DNA of 64,000 nucleotides from Thermodesulfobacteriota bacterium (GCA_965223335.1 OZ244991.1:986130-1050129); one strand, 5' to 3'. Positions 48,760 through 59,356 are shown, counted from the first letter of the stretch. The notes: generated by a model not told the origin, from the letters alone. Made by a program: numbers and translations.

Positions 48760-49839
48760 TTAATTTTTAAATGCCATCCAGCTATGGTTTACGATATCCT
48801 CCGCTTCCATAAGCATAATGATTTCGTCAGCTATCTGTTCCCCCAGTTCCAGGTGAGTACTAAAGCCCACACACGATGCATTTATCTCGCCCAGCACATA
48901 GAGATCATTACCGTCCTCATCCGTATCCAGTATAAAGTCCGCAGTCCATATAAGCGGCATATCATAATTCCCCAGACGTTCGATGATTACGTTAATATTC
49001 TTTTCGATCAGTTCCACAAGTTCGGGCCATTTGTCGGGAGTCTCGTATGTATATGTGGCCCCCGAAAACAGTGTGGCCGAAAAAGCATCGGGGCGATCAA
49101 CCGGTTTTTTATGCACAATATACACAACTTTGTTCCTTAACATAAACACCCGTATTTCACCCTCTTTGATCCTTTCCAAATAAGGCATATCCAGTAACAT
49201 ACCACTCTCGCCGTCCAGATACTTCACACAATGGTCAATAAACTCACCGAGTTCCATAATTTCGACATGGTTGTCTCGGGCCTCGGTGCATTTTACTTTA
49301 GTGTTATGCGGTAGCGGTTCCTCTGAACTCCATGCGTTCCCGTTCTCCGTCATTACCTCCACTCTCCAGATCCCTTCGCCCGTAGACCCTCTGTTTTGCT
49401 TGAGCACCCTTGTGTTTTTTGCCAGTGTAGAGGGGATATTGTTCTTGAATGTCTCGAAATCGTAATAGGCGTATACATCTTCAGGCACCAGGTCCGTACC
49501 TTTCAATTTTTCTATTGCGTTCTTAGCACCGTAATAGATCATTACATGAGGATGAGGCAGTCCTTTAATCCCCCGCTTTACCAGTTCGTTTAGCATCTGA
49601 AAGTAACCGGTTTCGTCACTCAGGAACCCGGGGTTAACTCTGCTTATGTATGCACATGCATTCTCTACGGTATATTTGTATATTTCCCCTCTATCTTCAT
49701 CCGAATAAAAAATGATTTCAGCAGTCCACCCTCTTTTTTTCAGAGAGTCCGCAATGGGCTTGGAATCCACCCTATAACCATACGGCCCCTTGTCGCTTCC
49801 TCCTCGTGCTTCAAAAATAATCACATGTTTATTATTCAT
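48760..49839 (-). CDS. hypothetical protein, possible ATP-grasp fold
   Basis: C-terminal LYVLGEINASCVGF resembles the ATP-grasp E-x-N motif; otherwise unassigned. Confidence 0.3.
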   Translation of the reverse strand: MNNKHVIIFEARGGSDKGPYGYRVDSKPIADSLKKRGWTAEIIFYSDEDRGEIYKYTVENACAYISRVNPGFLSDETGYFQMLNELVKRGIKGLPHPHVMIYYGAKNAIEKLKGTDLVPEDVYAYYDFETFKNNIPSTLAKNTRVLKQNRGSTGEGIWRVEVMTENGNAWSSEEPLPHNTKVKCTEARDNHVEIMELGEFIDHCVKYLDGESGMLLDMPYLERIKEGEIRVFMLRNKVVYIVHKKPVDRPDAFSATLFSGATYTYETPDKWPELVELIEKNINVIIERLGNYDMPLIWTADFILDTDEDGNDLYVLGEINASCVGFSTHLELGEQIADEIIMLMEAEDIVNHSWMAFKN

Positions 49840-50260
49840 GGCTATGCTCCCGGACTATGATGTTTTGTTTTTGATAATGGAGTTGTTCTACCCATTTCCG
49901 CATCAAATAATCATTCAGTAATAATGTAGCAATAATCATGCCTATCCTAATCCACTGCTTTTGCAGAAAAATGTTTTCCAGCTGGTGTCAGATGTCAGAA
50001 TTGTGGACAATACCCAATGGCAATATTCCAAAAGATATTGGGAGGAAGTATTCTAAGTACAGGAAAAGTACTATTACAGCTTTCCCCAGAGCTTAACCAG
50101 ATCGCATAAGAATAAATAATATATGGAGGGGAAAAGCACTTCGGTCAAAATGCCCAAAACCCACAGTAGTTTTGTTTAAGGATAATTCGCTATACACCCC
50201 TTCCCACAGGGCTCAAGCGCCTACAATAGATTTACCACGAACTCAACAATCCAAAAAGTT

Positions 50261-50920
50261 TTACTTAGGCTGTTTTACCAAGCGCAGGTATGGTTTCACC
50301 GTATTCCAACCCTCGGGGAACATATCCTTCGCATCGTCATCAGACACAGACGGCACAATTATTACATCGTCCCCGCTCTGCCAGTTCGCAGGGGTAGCCA
50401 ATTTATGTTCCGATGTGAGCTGCATAGAATCGAGTACACGCAGAATCTCATGGAAATTACGCCCCGTAGTCATCGGGTATGTCAGTATGAGCTTAATTTT
50501 TTTGTCAGGTCCGATCACAAAGACGGAGCGTACAGTAGCGTTAGTCGCAGCGGTACGGCCTTCCGATGTGCCGGCTTCGTCTGCCGGGAGCATATTGTAG
50601 AGCTTTGCAACCTCAAGATTAGTATCCCCGATCATCGGGTATTTAACCGCATGACCCTGCGTTTCTTCTATATCCTTTGACCACTCTAGGTGATCGTCCA
50701 CAGTGTCTATGCTAAGTCCGATGACCTTGCAGTTGCGCTTGGCAAACTCAGGCTCAAGCCCGGCCATGTAACCCAACTCTGTGGTACATACCGGGGTGAA
50801 GTCCTTGGGGTGTGAAAACAGCACTGCCCAGCCGTCGCCGATCCAGTCATGAAAATTTATCTCACCCTGAGTTGTTTCGGCGGTAAAATTTGGTGCTTCG
50901 TCATTTATTCTTAGCGACAT
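50261..50920 (-). CDS. 1-Cys peroxiredoxin (Prx6-like)
   Basis: FTPVCTTE peroxidatic Cys motif, no resolving Cys; AGGAGGG RBS 7 nt upstream of the ATG at 50920. Confidence 0.8.
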   Translation of the reverse strand: MSLRINDEAPNFTAETTQGEINFHDWIGDGWAVLFSHPKDFTPVCTTELGYMAGLEPEFAKRNCKVIGLSIDTVDDHLEWSKDIEETQGHAVKYPMIGDTNLEVAKLYNMLPADEAGTSEGRTAATNATVRSVFVIGPDKKIKLILTYPMTTGRNFHEILRVLDSMQLTSEHKLATPANWQSGDDVIIVPSVSDDDAKDMFPEGWNTVKPYLRLVKQPK

Positions 50921-51161
50921 TTTCAAACCCTCCTAATGTTTGATCTTAAGAGCTATCTATCCATACATCTAATTTTGTTAAGCTTAGTCAAAACGGCATT
51001 TAAAACCGTTTTACATGTGCACGATGCATGTCGAGAGACCCAAACCTTATTATAGTAGTTAGCTTGTGATTCTTCAAACCCTAACCTTAATTTTTTCTCT
51101 AGTCATGATAGTTGTGTTAGACCGAGTTTTTTAGGCTCGGATTTTATTCGGGTTTTTCATC

Positions 51162-52031
51162 TTATTCATTAAAGTGATAAAAGCCCGAACCCAGCAGTCT
51201 GTATTCGAATTCCTTATCTTTAGTCATCGGGAAACCTGCACTAAATCCTAACTCTATGGCTTTATTCTTAAAGGGTGCGACTTTAAAACCCGGGTCTATG
51301 TTGAATACTGTCTCGCCTTTTTCTTCACCGTTTAATATGGTCTCACCATCGAACTCAAGGAGTAAGAACAGATAATCAGTGGCAATATAAAGCAGTGAAA
51401 AATCAAATTTAAATTCGTCCCCTTCATCCTGATCTTTTTTCTGGTTTGTAGGAAACCCTAACCCTAAAAACGAGACGAACTCGAACCCTTTATATTTATA
51501 TCCCAAAGTAACGAATGGCTCGATCTCGAAAATATTGTCACTACCGATACCTTTTTTATCGTCCCCTGTAGGCAATCCAAATTCTATCCCACCCCCAAGC
51601 AGTATCCCGTACTGTTCCAGGATATAGGTCGCAAGCTTCAATCCGATTTCTATGTTGTTAAAATGATTTTGGTTAGGGCCTTGATCGACATTGAGAAATG
51701 TATATGGAAACTCAGCCTCTATACTGATGTTTTTTGTGAAGGCATACTCTATGCCTAACCTGATGGTACTCTCTTTAAATTTTGATGGACCATGCCCCTC
51801 TTCTCCCAGCTCCTCGTCTTCTATTTCTCCGCCTACATCAAGAAAAAAGTAGTCCAAGCGTATCTTTGTATCCGGTGACGGCGATTCGGTGATCAAGGGA
51901 TGTGAAAAATGTAGATAATTTTTTTTCTCCCCATCCCCATGGTCAGCATATGCTACGTGACCGGTCAGTAAAATCATACTACACATCAGTACCAAAATCT
52001 TAGATTCCTTTTCTTGTTTAACCATAAACAA
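51162..52031 (-). CDS. putative outer-membrane beta-barrel protein (signal peptide, alternating amphipathic strands)
   Basis: Signal peptide ending AYA; repeated Gly/aromatic beta-strand patterns; acidic loops. Confidence 0.35.
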   Translation of the reverse strand: MFMVKQEKESKILVLMCSMILLTGHVAYADHGDGEKKNYLHFSHPLITESPSPDTKIRLDYFFLDVGGEIEDEELGEEGHGPSKFKESTIRLGIEYAFTKNISIEAEFPYTFLNVDQGPNQNHFNNIEIGLKLATYILEQYGILLGGGIEFGLPTGDDKKGIGSDNIFEIEPFVTLGYKYKGFEFVSFLGLGFPTNQKKDQDEGDEFKFDFSLLYIATDYLFLLLEFDGETILNGEEKGETVFNIDPGFKVAPFKNKAIELGFSAGFPMTKDKEFEYRLLGSGFYHFNE

Positions 52032-52368
52032 ACTCTTCTAAATCAATTTATACAACTCTTGTGACACAACTAGCAATAATCATCTTTACTATATAACGAT
52101 TATTAATATTCATCAATAGCTTGTACTATATATTTGCGGCTATTTCAATACGTGATAGTGATAATATTGTTGTAAAGCCTCTAAAAGAGACCTCGTTGTT
52201 AACAAATGATGGGTTGATAGACTGATTTGGATAGTGGGACTTCAGTGCGAAGAGACAAAAACACCGTTACCAAACCGGTCACTACATGACACGACTTGGG
52301 AAGTTGTAAAACCAACTAAAACGAGTGTTGAATTTGGTCTTGGAACGAGACTACTTACTAATCGACGA

Positions 52369-52701
52369 TTAAGTAAGGTCTTTTGTCTCGGCTATGGGAC
52401 CGTTTTTCTTTACAGATGCAATACCCTTCTCCATGGACGAGGTAGATGAGTACATTTCGCTCATCCCGATCACCTGCCCGTTTGGAGATGTAAGTGTAAA
52501 GTATGGGTCGCCTTTTTTAGACTTCTTTCTATCAAAACGCTTGTCATTACGCGAGTTTTTCGCCACGGACTTGATCCCGTTTTTAGCGCTTGGTTTCGAG
52601 TTATACATTTCGCTCGTCAATATAACCTGGCCATTGGCAGCTTTTAGATTAAACATAAACTTACCGCCTCTAGCTTTCTTGAGTTCAAACTTACTAGCCA
52701 T
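52369..52701 (-). CDS. YegP/DUF1508 family protein (two tandem repeats)
   Basis: Two copies of F.L.A.NGQVI..SEMY.S......GI.SV..N. Confidence 0.65.
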   Translation of the reverse strand: MASKFELKKARGGKFMFNLKAANGQVILTSEMYNSKPSAKNGIKSVAKNSRNDKRFDRKKSKKGDPYFTLTSPNGQVIGMSEMYSSTSSMEKGIASVKKNGPIAETKDLT

Positions 52702-52975
52702 ACCGTACCTCCGTGAATATTTTGTTAACTACGTAGATATTATATAATCGGATTTTATAAAATTAGCAACAATTTATAGATGCTAATTTGATTTTGATGA
52801 TATGAAAACAGCTCGAATAGCCGAGTAATGTGCCAATGAATTATGACAACATCTTAGTATGTATAGTATTATAATTAAGAGACAATTATCAGTTGAGATT
52901 ATAAAAGTAATTATTGCATTATGTGTTATAATCCATATATTGTATTTTTTATTTGACGAAAGGAGGATTTAATTA

Positions 52976-53230
52976 ATGGGTATTCTGTCTTGGATTCTAT
53001 TTGGATTAATCGCCGGAGCCATTGCCAAGCTCCTTATGCCTGGGAAAGATCCGGGTGGTTTCATCATTACCATTATTATCGGTATTGTCGGGGCCATGGT
53101 AGGAGGATTTATAGGTAACTTCCTAGGATTAGGCAGTGTAAGTGGCTTTAATTTAATGAGTTTCATAATTGCCGTGGCCGGATCGATAATACTTTTGTTG
53201 ATTTACCGTTTAGCAAAAAGCAGAGCATAG
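52976..53230 (+). CDS. GlsB/YeaQ/YmgE family stress-response membrane protein
   Basis: MGILSWILFGLIAGAIAKLLMPGKDPGGFIITIIIGIVGA pattern; AGGAGG RBS. Confidence 0.7.
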   Translation: MGILSWILFGLIAGAIAKLLMPGKDPGGFIITIIIGIVGAMVGGFIGNFLGLGSVSGFNLMSFIIAVAGSIILLLIYRLAKSRA

Positions 53231-53313
53231 GTTGGGATTAGCGTCGTCATATTGCTACAGGTATTAGTATGGTACTCTATACTAGAGTGTGATATTGGTA
53301 TCTAGGCAACAAG

Positions 53314-54072
53314 ATGCCACAACTCAATAAAATTACAGAGTTCTTGGACGACTATTTACGCATAGACGATATAGACGATGCGTGCTGGAACGGGTTGCAA
53401 TTCCAGGGCAACCAAACTGTCTCTAAAATAGCGTTTGCAGTTGATGCATGTGTAGAGGCAATAGCCGAGGCTGAGAATCGTGGGGCCCAGATGCTCATAA
53501 CACACCACGGTCATTACTGGCGGTCACAAAACCCGTCGGTCCGCGATTGGTCTAAAGAGAGAATCGACCTTCTATACAAGAATAATCTTTCTCTATATTC
53601 CTGTCACCTCCCGCTCGATAGACACCCCAAAGTCGGGAACAATGTAGAGCTCATAAAACTTCTCGGCGCTAGGGTAAAGGACGAGTTCTATTTTCATAGG
53701 GGCAAAAATATAGGCTGGACCGGCGAATGGAAAAAGCCGGTCTCCATTAATAACATTGTAAAGACACTTAATTCCGAGCTCAATACAGTGTGCCGTGTTC
53801 TAAACTTCGGGAAAAAGAATATAAAAACTATTGCAGTCTGTAGTGGGGGTGGCAGCTATAGCGGTTTTTATGATGCACTTGATAGGGGTGTCGATCTATA
53901 TCTCACGGGTGATGCTGTTGAGGTTTACTACAGCGCCAAAGATGCGGGTATCAATGTTATCTTTGCCGGTCATCATGCTACTGAGACCGTTGGACTTTTG
54001 GCTCTCTCCAAGGAAATTAAACGTAAATTCAAGGTTAAGACAGATTTCATAGACTTACCAACTGGGCTTTAA
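53314..54072 (+). CDS. Nif3-like dinuclear metal centre protein
   Basis: ITHHGHYW and C-terminal GHHATE metal-ligand motifs. Confidence 0.75.
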   Translation: MPQLNKITEFLDDYLRIDDIDDACWNGLQFQGNQTVSKIAFAVDACVEAIAEAENRGAQMLITHHGHYWRSQNPSVRDWSKERIDLLYKNNLSLYSCHLPLDRHPKVGNNVELIKLLGARVKDEFYFHRGKNIGWTGEWKKPVSINNIVKTLNSELNTVCRVLNFGKKNIKTIAVCSGGGSYSGFYDALDRGVDLYLTGDAVEVYYSAKDAGINVIFAGHHATETVGLLALSKEIKRKFKVKTDFIDLPTGL

Positions 54073-54181
54073 TTTTTCGAGCCCAAATGAAAACTGTAGA
54101 TAAGCATACTTGCTATATTTAAATCATTGACAAAGTTATGACGTACTCTTAGAATATTTTGTTTATAGGAGGCGAGTTAAA

Positions 54182-55729
54182 ATGAGTAGCGGTGACGTAG
54201 TAAAAATATTCGACACCACACTAAGAGACGGTGAACAGGCGCCGGGCTGCGGCATGACGGTAGAAGAAAAACTGCGTGTTGCGCACCAGCTTGAGAGGCT
54301 CGGAGTCGATATAATCGAAGCCGGTTTTCCCATCTCATCCGAGGGTGATTTCGAATCCGTTAAACTCATTGCCGAAAAGATAAGGGGCTGCGAAATAGCC
54401 GGGCTCTGCAGAGCAAACTTAAAGGACATTGACCGTGGATGGGAAGCGGTACAGGGGGCCGAGAACCCAAGGATCCACACATTCATTGCAACCTCGGATA
54501 TCCATCTAAAACATAAACTCCGTAAATCACAGGACGAAGTACTCGAAATAATAAGCGGGGCAGTGAAGCATGCAAAAAACTATACAGATAACGTTGAGTT
54601 CTCTTGCGAGGACGCCACTAGAACTGATCTCGATTATCTATGCAAAGCTGTCGATGTAGCGGTTCGTGCGGGGGCAACTACTATAAACATCCCCGACACT
54701 GTCGGCTACACGGTGCCCGATGAGTTCGCTCATATCATTAGGACGCTAAAAGAAAAAGTCTCAGGACTAGACAACGTCACACTAAGTGTGCATTGTCACA
54801 ACGATCTCGGTCTTGCGGTAGCCAACTCACTTGCCGCGGTCCGCGAGGGTGCAAGGCAGGTGGAGTGCACCATAAACGGTCTTGGCGAGAGGGCCGGCAA
54901 CGCGTCCCTCGAAGAGATAGTAATGGGTCTTAAGGTACGTCACGATAAAAACCCATATACCACAAGGCTTGTAACCGAACAGATTTATCCGACCAGCCGC
55001 ATCGTATCTCAGGTCACCGGTGTTAATGTACAGCCCAACAAGGCCATCGTAGGCGCAAACGCTTTCGCACACGAGGCGGGCATTCACCAAGACGGTGTAC
55101 TCAAAGATAGGATCACTTACGAGATCATGAGACCTGAAGAGGTAGGCATACCGTCAAATAAACTCGTGCTCGGTAAACACTCGGGACGCCATGCGTTTCG
55201 TGACCGCTTAGACGACTATGGTTACGACCTCGACGACGAGACCTTTGAGACTGCTTTTAAAAAATTCAAGGATCTTGCGGACAAGAAAAAGTACGTGTTC
55301 GATGAAGACATTGAGGCACTTATAAGCGAGGAGTTCGTCCGTTCCTCAGATTTCTATAAATTAATATCAACCAATTACGGCGGGGGCACAGAGATGCACC
55401 CCGTGGCAACTATAAAGATGCTTATAGACGGCGAAGAGGTCGTAGTATCCGAGGCTGGCGACGGCCCGGTAGATGCTGCCTACAGGGCAGTTTCCAGGGC
55501 CACAGGGTTCGAGCCTACATTGGAGCACTATGTAGTAGCCTCTATCACCGAGGGCATCGACGCCCAGGGCGAGGTCACCGTACGCGTAGAGGACCAAGGT
55601 GTAATCACACAGGGTCTGGGCTCGAGCACGGATATTGTTGTGGCGAGTGTAAAGGCTTATATAAATGCCTTAAACAAACTCAGGTGGCGCAAGGAACACC
55701 CCAAAAGAGCAACCTCGAGTGGTGTTTAA
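54182..55729 (+). CDS. leuA: 2-isopropylmalate synthase
   Basis: IFDTTLRDGEQAPG, HCHNDLGLAVANS, LeuA dimerisation C-domain. Confidence 0.9.
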   Translation: MSSGDVVKIFDTTLRDGEQAPGCGMTVEEKLRVAHQLERLGVDIIEAGFPISSEGDFESVKLIAEKIRGCEIAGLCRANLKDIDRGWEAVQGAENPRIHTFIATSDIHLKHKLRKSQDEVLEIISGAVKHAKNYTDNVEFSCEDATRTDLDYLCKAVDVAVRAGATTINIPDTVGYTVPDEFAHIIRTLKEKVSGLDNVTLSVHCHNDLGLAVANSLAAVREGARQVECTINGLGERAGNASLEEIVMGLKVRHDKNPYTTRLVTEQIYPTSRIVSQVTGVNVQPNKAIVGANAFAHEAGIHQDGVLKDRITYEIMRPEEVGIPSNKLVLGKHSGRHAFRDRLDDYGYDLDDETFETAFKKFKDLADKKKYVFDEDIEALISEEFVRSSDFYKLISTNYGGGTEMHPVATIKMLIDGEEVVVSEAGDGPVDAAYRAVSRATGFEPTLEHYVVASITEGIDAQGEVTVRVEDQGVITQGLGSSTDIVVASVKAYINALNKLRWRKEHPKRATSSGV

Positions 55730-55795
55730 TATCTGCAGCCCATATTCTTACTTTCACATATGATTATTGGGTATATACTGTATTAGTATATCGAG

Positions 55796-57280
55796 ATGGC
55801 ATTCCCAACCCAAGAAGTAGAAAAATACATACGATCCGGCTACCCAATACTATTTCTTATCTCATGGGAAGAGGAACGCGTTGAGAATATAGTGCGCAGG
55901 ATCGGCAAAAAGATCTTGGGCGAGGACTCCAAGTTCTATGTATGGTCTTGCACCGACGGCACCCGAGGTGAAGACGGATACATTGAGGGTACCGATGGCA
56001 TCGTAAGTGCACTCAACAAAGTGATCTCCGACGAGGGCCCGGGCATATACTTTTTCAAAGACCTTAGTTTTTACCTGAGCGATCCCAAGCTCATCAGAAA
56101 GCTAAAAGACGTTTATCAGAAGCTTAGAAAGTCCAAGAAAACATTGTTCGTACTCAGCCAATCACTCGTTGTACCGCCCGAGCTAGAGAAAGAGGTAACC
56201 ACTATTGATATTGGGCTACCCGACAGGGAAGAGGCCGAGCGGATTTTCGACTTTGTGCTTAAGTCCTATGCGTCCGATGACCTGGCGGGCTCTGTGAACG
56301 GCAATATCAAAGAGGCGGCTATAAATGCAATTGTGGGGCTTGGGGCTTTGGAGATGGAGCTTGCCCTTCGCAGGACCTTGATCGGTCGGACTGCTATGGA
56401 TGATGACGCCGTCGATATGCTGCTTGAAGAAAAGGCACAACTCGTAAAAAAAACCGGGACCCTAGATTTTGTAAGGAGCCGTGTAGATATAGAACAGGTA
56501 GGGGGACTCGAGAATTTAAAGGACTGGCTCGACACCCGCCAGCTTGCTTTTTCGAGTAAGGCAAAAGAGTTTGGCTTGGATGTGCCCAGAGGGTTGTTGC
56601 TGATGGGTATAAGCGGGTGCGGTAAAAGTCTCTGTGCCAAGGCCATTGCCACGGCCTGGAACTTACCCTTGCTTAGGCTCGATGTTAATCAGGTATATGG
56701 AGGATCTGTGGGCACCCCCGAAGAGGCGTTTAGAAGGGCCATCAAAACCGTGGAAGCGACCTCACCATGTGTGCTTTGGATTGACGAGATTGAGGCGGGT
56801 ATAACTAGAAGCGGTGAAAAATCTACCGATAGCGCTTCATCACGCATTTTCGGTTTTTTCCTCACATGGATGCAGGAAAAACAGTACCCTGTGTTCATTA
56901 CAGCTACAGCAAATCAGATTGATCTGCTCCCGCCCGAGATTCTTAGAAAGGGAAGGTTCGACGAGATCTTCTTTGTCACACTACCGTCCCGAAGTGAGAG
57001 AAAGGAGATATTTAAGATCCATCTTGAGAGTAGGGGAAAGAACCCGGAAAAGTTTGACCTTGAGTCCTTGGCTAAGAACACTGAAGGGCTAAGCGGGGCC
57101 GAGATCGAACAGGCTGTGGTGTCTGCGCTCTTCGAATCATTTTCCAAAGAAAAAGAGCTTGAGGACCGCGACCTTATTATTGCGGCTTCAACAATCGTAC
57201 CGCTTGCAACTACAATGCGTGAAGAGATCTCCAAGCTCGAGAGGTGGGCGTCTGACAGGGCTGTAAAGGCTTCCAAGTAA
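55796..57280 (+). CDS. classical-clade AAA ATPase with an unassigned ~250 aa N-terminal domain
   Basis: Walker A GISGCGKSLCAKAIA, Walker B VLWIDEIE, SRH ATANQIDLLPPEILRKGRFDEIFFVTLP. Confidence 0.7.
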   Translation: MAFPTQEVEKYIRSGYPILFLISWEEERVENIVRRIGKKILGEDSKFYVWSCTDGTRGEDGYIEGTDGIVSALNKVISDEGPGIYFFKDLSFYLSDPKLIRKLKDVYQKLRKSKKTLFVLSQSLVVPPELEKEVTTIDIGLPDREEAERIFDFVLKSYASDDLAGSVNGNIKEAAINAIVGLGALEMELALRRTLIGRTAMDDDAVDMLLEEKAQLVKKTGTLDFVRSRVDIEQVGGLENLKDWLDTRQLAFSSKAKEFGLDVPRGLLLMGISGCGKSLCAKAIATAWNLPLLRLDVNQVYGGSVGTPEEAFRRAIKTVEATSPCVLWIDEIEAGITRSGEKSTDSASSRIFGFFLTWMQEKQYPVFITATANQIDLLPPEILRKGRFDEIFFVTLPSRSERKEIFKIHLESRGKNPEKFDLESLAKNTEGLSGAEIEQAVVSALFESFSKEKELEDRDLIIAASTIVPLATTMREEISKLERWASDRAVKASK

Positions 57281-57384
57281 TCGGTCTGTTAGAGCGTTTT
57301 TATTTGCAGATATAATATGTTTTATGAATCGTATAATAAATTTGACAGAACAATGTTAACTAGTAAGTAAAATATATCACCTTT

Positions 57385-57461
<77 letters not shown>

Positions 57462-57515
57462 ACTATTACAGCAGGTTATATCCTATTACTCTTGCTTAAG
57501 AGGATCAGACACACA

Positions 57516-58057
57516 TTATACTACTATAAAATTGATGTTGTAATTATCCCACAATGATTTTATCAATTCTTTTTCTTCATCTGACTTTGATGAATGCAAA
57601 ATTTGTCTTCCTTTAGTTGTATCAATAAAGAAATAAAGTACAAAACTGTATGTTGTGGAGTATGTTAAAGCCTGACCTAATCCTCTTCTAATTGCCTCCC
57701 CTGAGTTTCCTTTTTTTATTTCAAATGCAATGTCTGTTTTCTTATCTAATTCAAGAACTGCATCAGGACGATGATACATTGCATATCGTTCGAAATTATT
57801 TACAATTACTCCCTGCTTTTGTTCAAACTTAAATCCGTTATTTGCTATCTCATTTGCTTTAGCATCATTGAGACCATAATATCTTTTCAATATTCTAGAA
57901 AGACTCTTTTCTAGCCTAGTAAATACAGCCTTTTGAATTGGTTTTTCCTTTTCTCTTTCTCTACCAACCGTATCTCCAAGGTACTCATGATTTTTAATTG
58001 ATCTGATTATGGCAGATATTAGTTTTTCTCTTTTTTTGTTTTAACAGCTCTACCCAT
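57516..58057 (-). pseudogene. hypothetical gene with an apparent 1-nt frameshift in an A7/T7 run (ORF-track piece 57516-57890)
   Basis: The reading frame of the 124-aa ORF stays open upstream to 58040; an ATG at 58057 with MGRAVKTKKEK lies in a neighbouring frame and meets it inside the homopolymer at 58027-58044. Confidence 0.35.
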
Positions 58058-58174
58058 TTTTGTGCCTCCAAAATAGCTGTGATATTTCCTTATTATAAAA
58101 GTAAAAAGACTATTATTTCAAGTATACGATAAATATAGGATCAGGAATTGTTTGTAAAGTGCGAATTTCAGGGC

Positions 58175-58191
58175 TTCGATTCCCCTCATCT
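58175..58191. repeat. partial duplicate of the tRNA-Ala 3' end (att-like direct repeat)
   Basis: Exact 17/17 match to 57439-57455; 21/22 with the flanking GGG. Confidence 0.6.
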
Positions 58192-58383
58192 ATACTTATG
58201 ATTACAAAGAGTTAAGTTTCCATCCATTGTTTGTGGATCGCTAGTGTCACCGGATTAGTCATCTACTGCGTCAGAAAAAAATAATCAGAGTCCTTACAAA
58301 TTTATATGAAATAATGCTTTGAATTAGCATGTTCGAGAATACAAGTTTCTGTTTTCCTATATAAATATTATAATATTGAATAT

Positions 58384-58956
58384 ATGAGTGAGAATAAGTG
58401 TAAACTGGAAAAAAGGAAATTACAGTATGAGATATGGAGCATCGATACTAAAGATGAACACCAGGCTTTAAATCTAATACGACAAATAATCCATTCCAAT
58501 TACAACTTACTTGATAAGAACTTATTGTATATCTCATCAGCTGCGTTTGCTTTCTCAATAACATTTCTTGGTCAATTTCATAGTAACGATATTTCAAAAT
58601 TTTGGAAAATTATCCTAGCATTAGCTTGGGGTTCTTTTGGATTAACTATAATTTTGAGCATAATAGGTTTCAAACTAAGCAATAACACATTAGTAAGACT
58701 TCAACAAAACATAGTAGAGAATCAGATAAATGCGCTCAAATTTTATTTATCAAACGATAGCTTAGATGATGTAAATATAGTAAAAAGTTTAGATGAAAGA
58801 TTAAATAAAATAACATGCAATAGTACAAACAAAAAGAAAAGTTCAATTGAAATGTGGGCAATTTATATTAATAGATCGCAAATAGGCACTTTCATATTTG
58901 GACTATTGCTATTGTTTGTCTTTGTTATTAAAGTGTATTTCGATTGCGAACTGTAG
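58384..58956 (+). CDS. hypothetical low-GC membrane protein (2-3 TM)
   Basis: AT-rich codon usage unlike the bulk of the window; two central TM helices and a C-terminal hydrophobic segment. Confidence 0.35.
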   Translation: MSENKCKLEKRKLQYEIWSIDTKDEHQALNLIRQIIHSNYNLLDKNLLYISSAAFAFSITFLGQFHSNDISKFWKIILALAWGSFGLTIILSIIGFKLSNNTLVRLQQNIVENQINALKFYLSNDSLDDVNIVKSLDERLNKITCNSTNKKKSSIEMWAIYINRSQIGTFIFGLLLLFVFVIKVYFDCEL

Positions 58957-59356
58957 ATTCATATTGAATAAAGATAAAGGGTCAGGCTTTGGTTATTGGG
59001 TTATTGATACCGCTATCATTCCACGGTCAGAAAACCCAGGATACGTTTACCTGGAGGTTATTACCATAGTAACGCACCGGGGAATTCCTGGCCAAACATT
59101 CTTCAACCCCACTGACGATAGAGCTTACGTTAAGAATTAATCGATTACGGTAATCAAAGCCTGACTCTACTCCTAGGCCCTGCTTTACTATCTAACACCT
59201 TGTGTTAATTAATCAACTTCCCTACAAAAACCATGTTTTTAATTAGATATTAATACAACTCAATAACATCTTATCATTATCATGTTTGATCATTTTTAAT
59301 TTATACTGTAAACTAAGTGGATCAAAATAAATTTTTTTGGGGAAGGAGGTTTTTAA

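Larger units (their letters stand above)
57462..58191. mobile_element. small tRNA-Ala-associated integrated remnant bounded by a direct repeat of the tRNA 3' end
   Basis: 17-bp exact repeat TTCGATTCCCCTCATCT at 57439-57455 (in the tRNA) and 58175-58191; the interval is AT-rich and carries one frameshifted gene; no integrase. Confidence 0.35.

Noticed and set aside
56216-57276. Minus-strand ORFs (56216-56440, 56266-56652, 56689-56898, 56914-57276) and the plus-strand 56814-57092 ORF inside the AAA ATPase gene
   Set aside because: Fully overlapped by a CDS with Walker A/B and SRH motifs; Ser/Ala-rich shadow translations.
58898-59140. 80-aa ORF overlapping the 3' end of the 58384-58956 gene
   Set aside because: It overlaps the preceding gene and falls in the GC-rich segment flanked by the 11-bp inverted repeats. 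More likely a relic fragment or non-coding; not called as a CDS.
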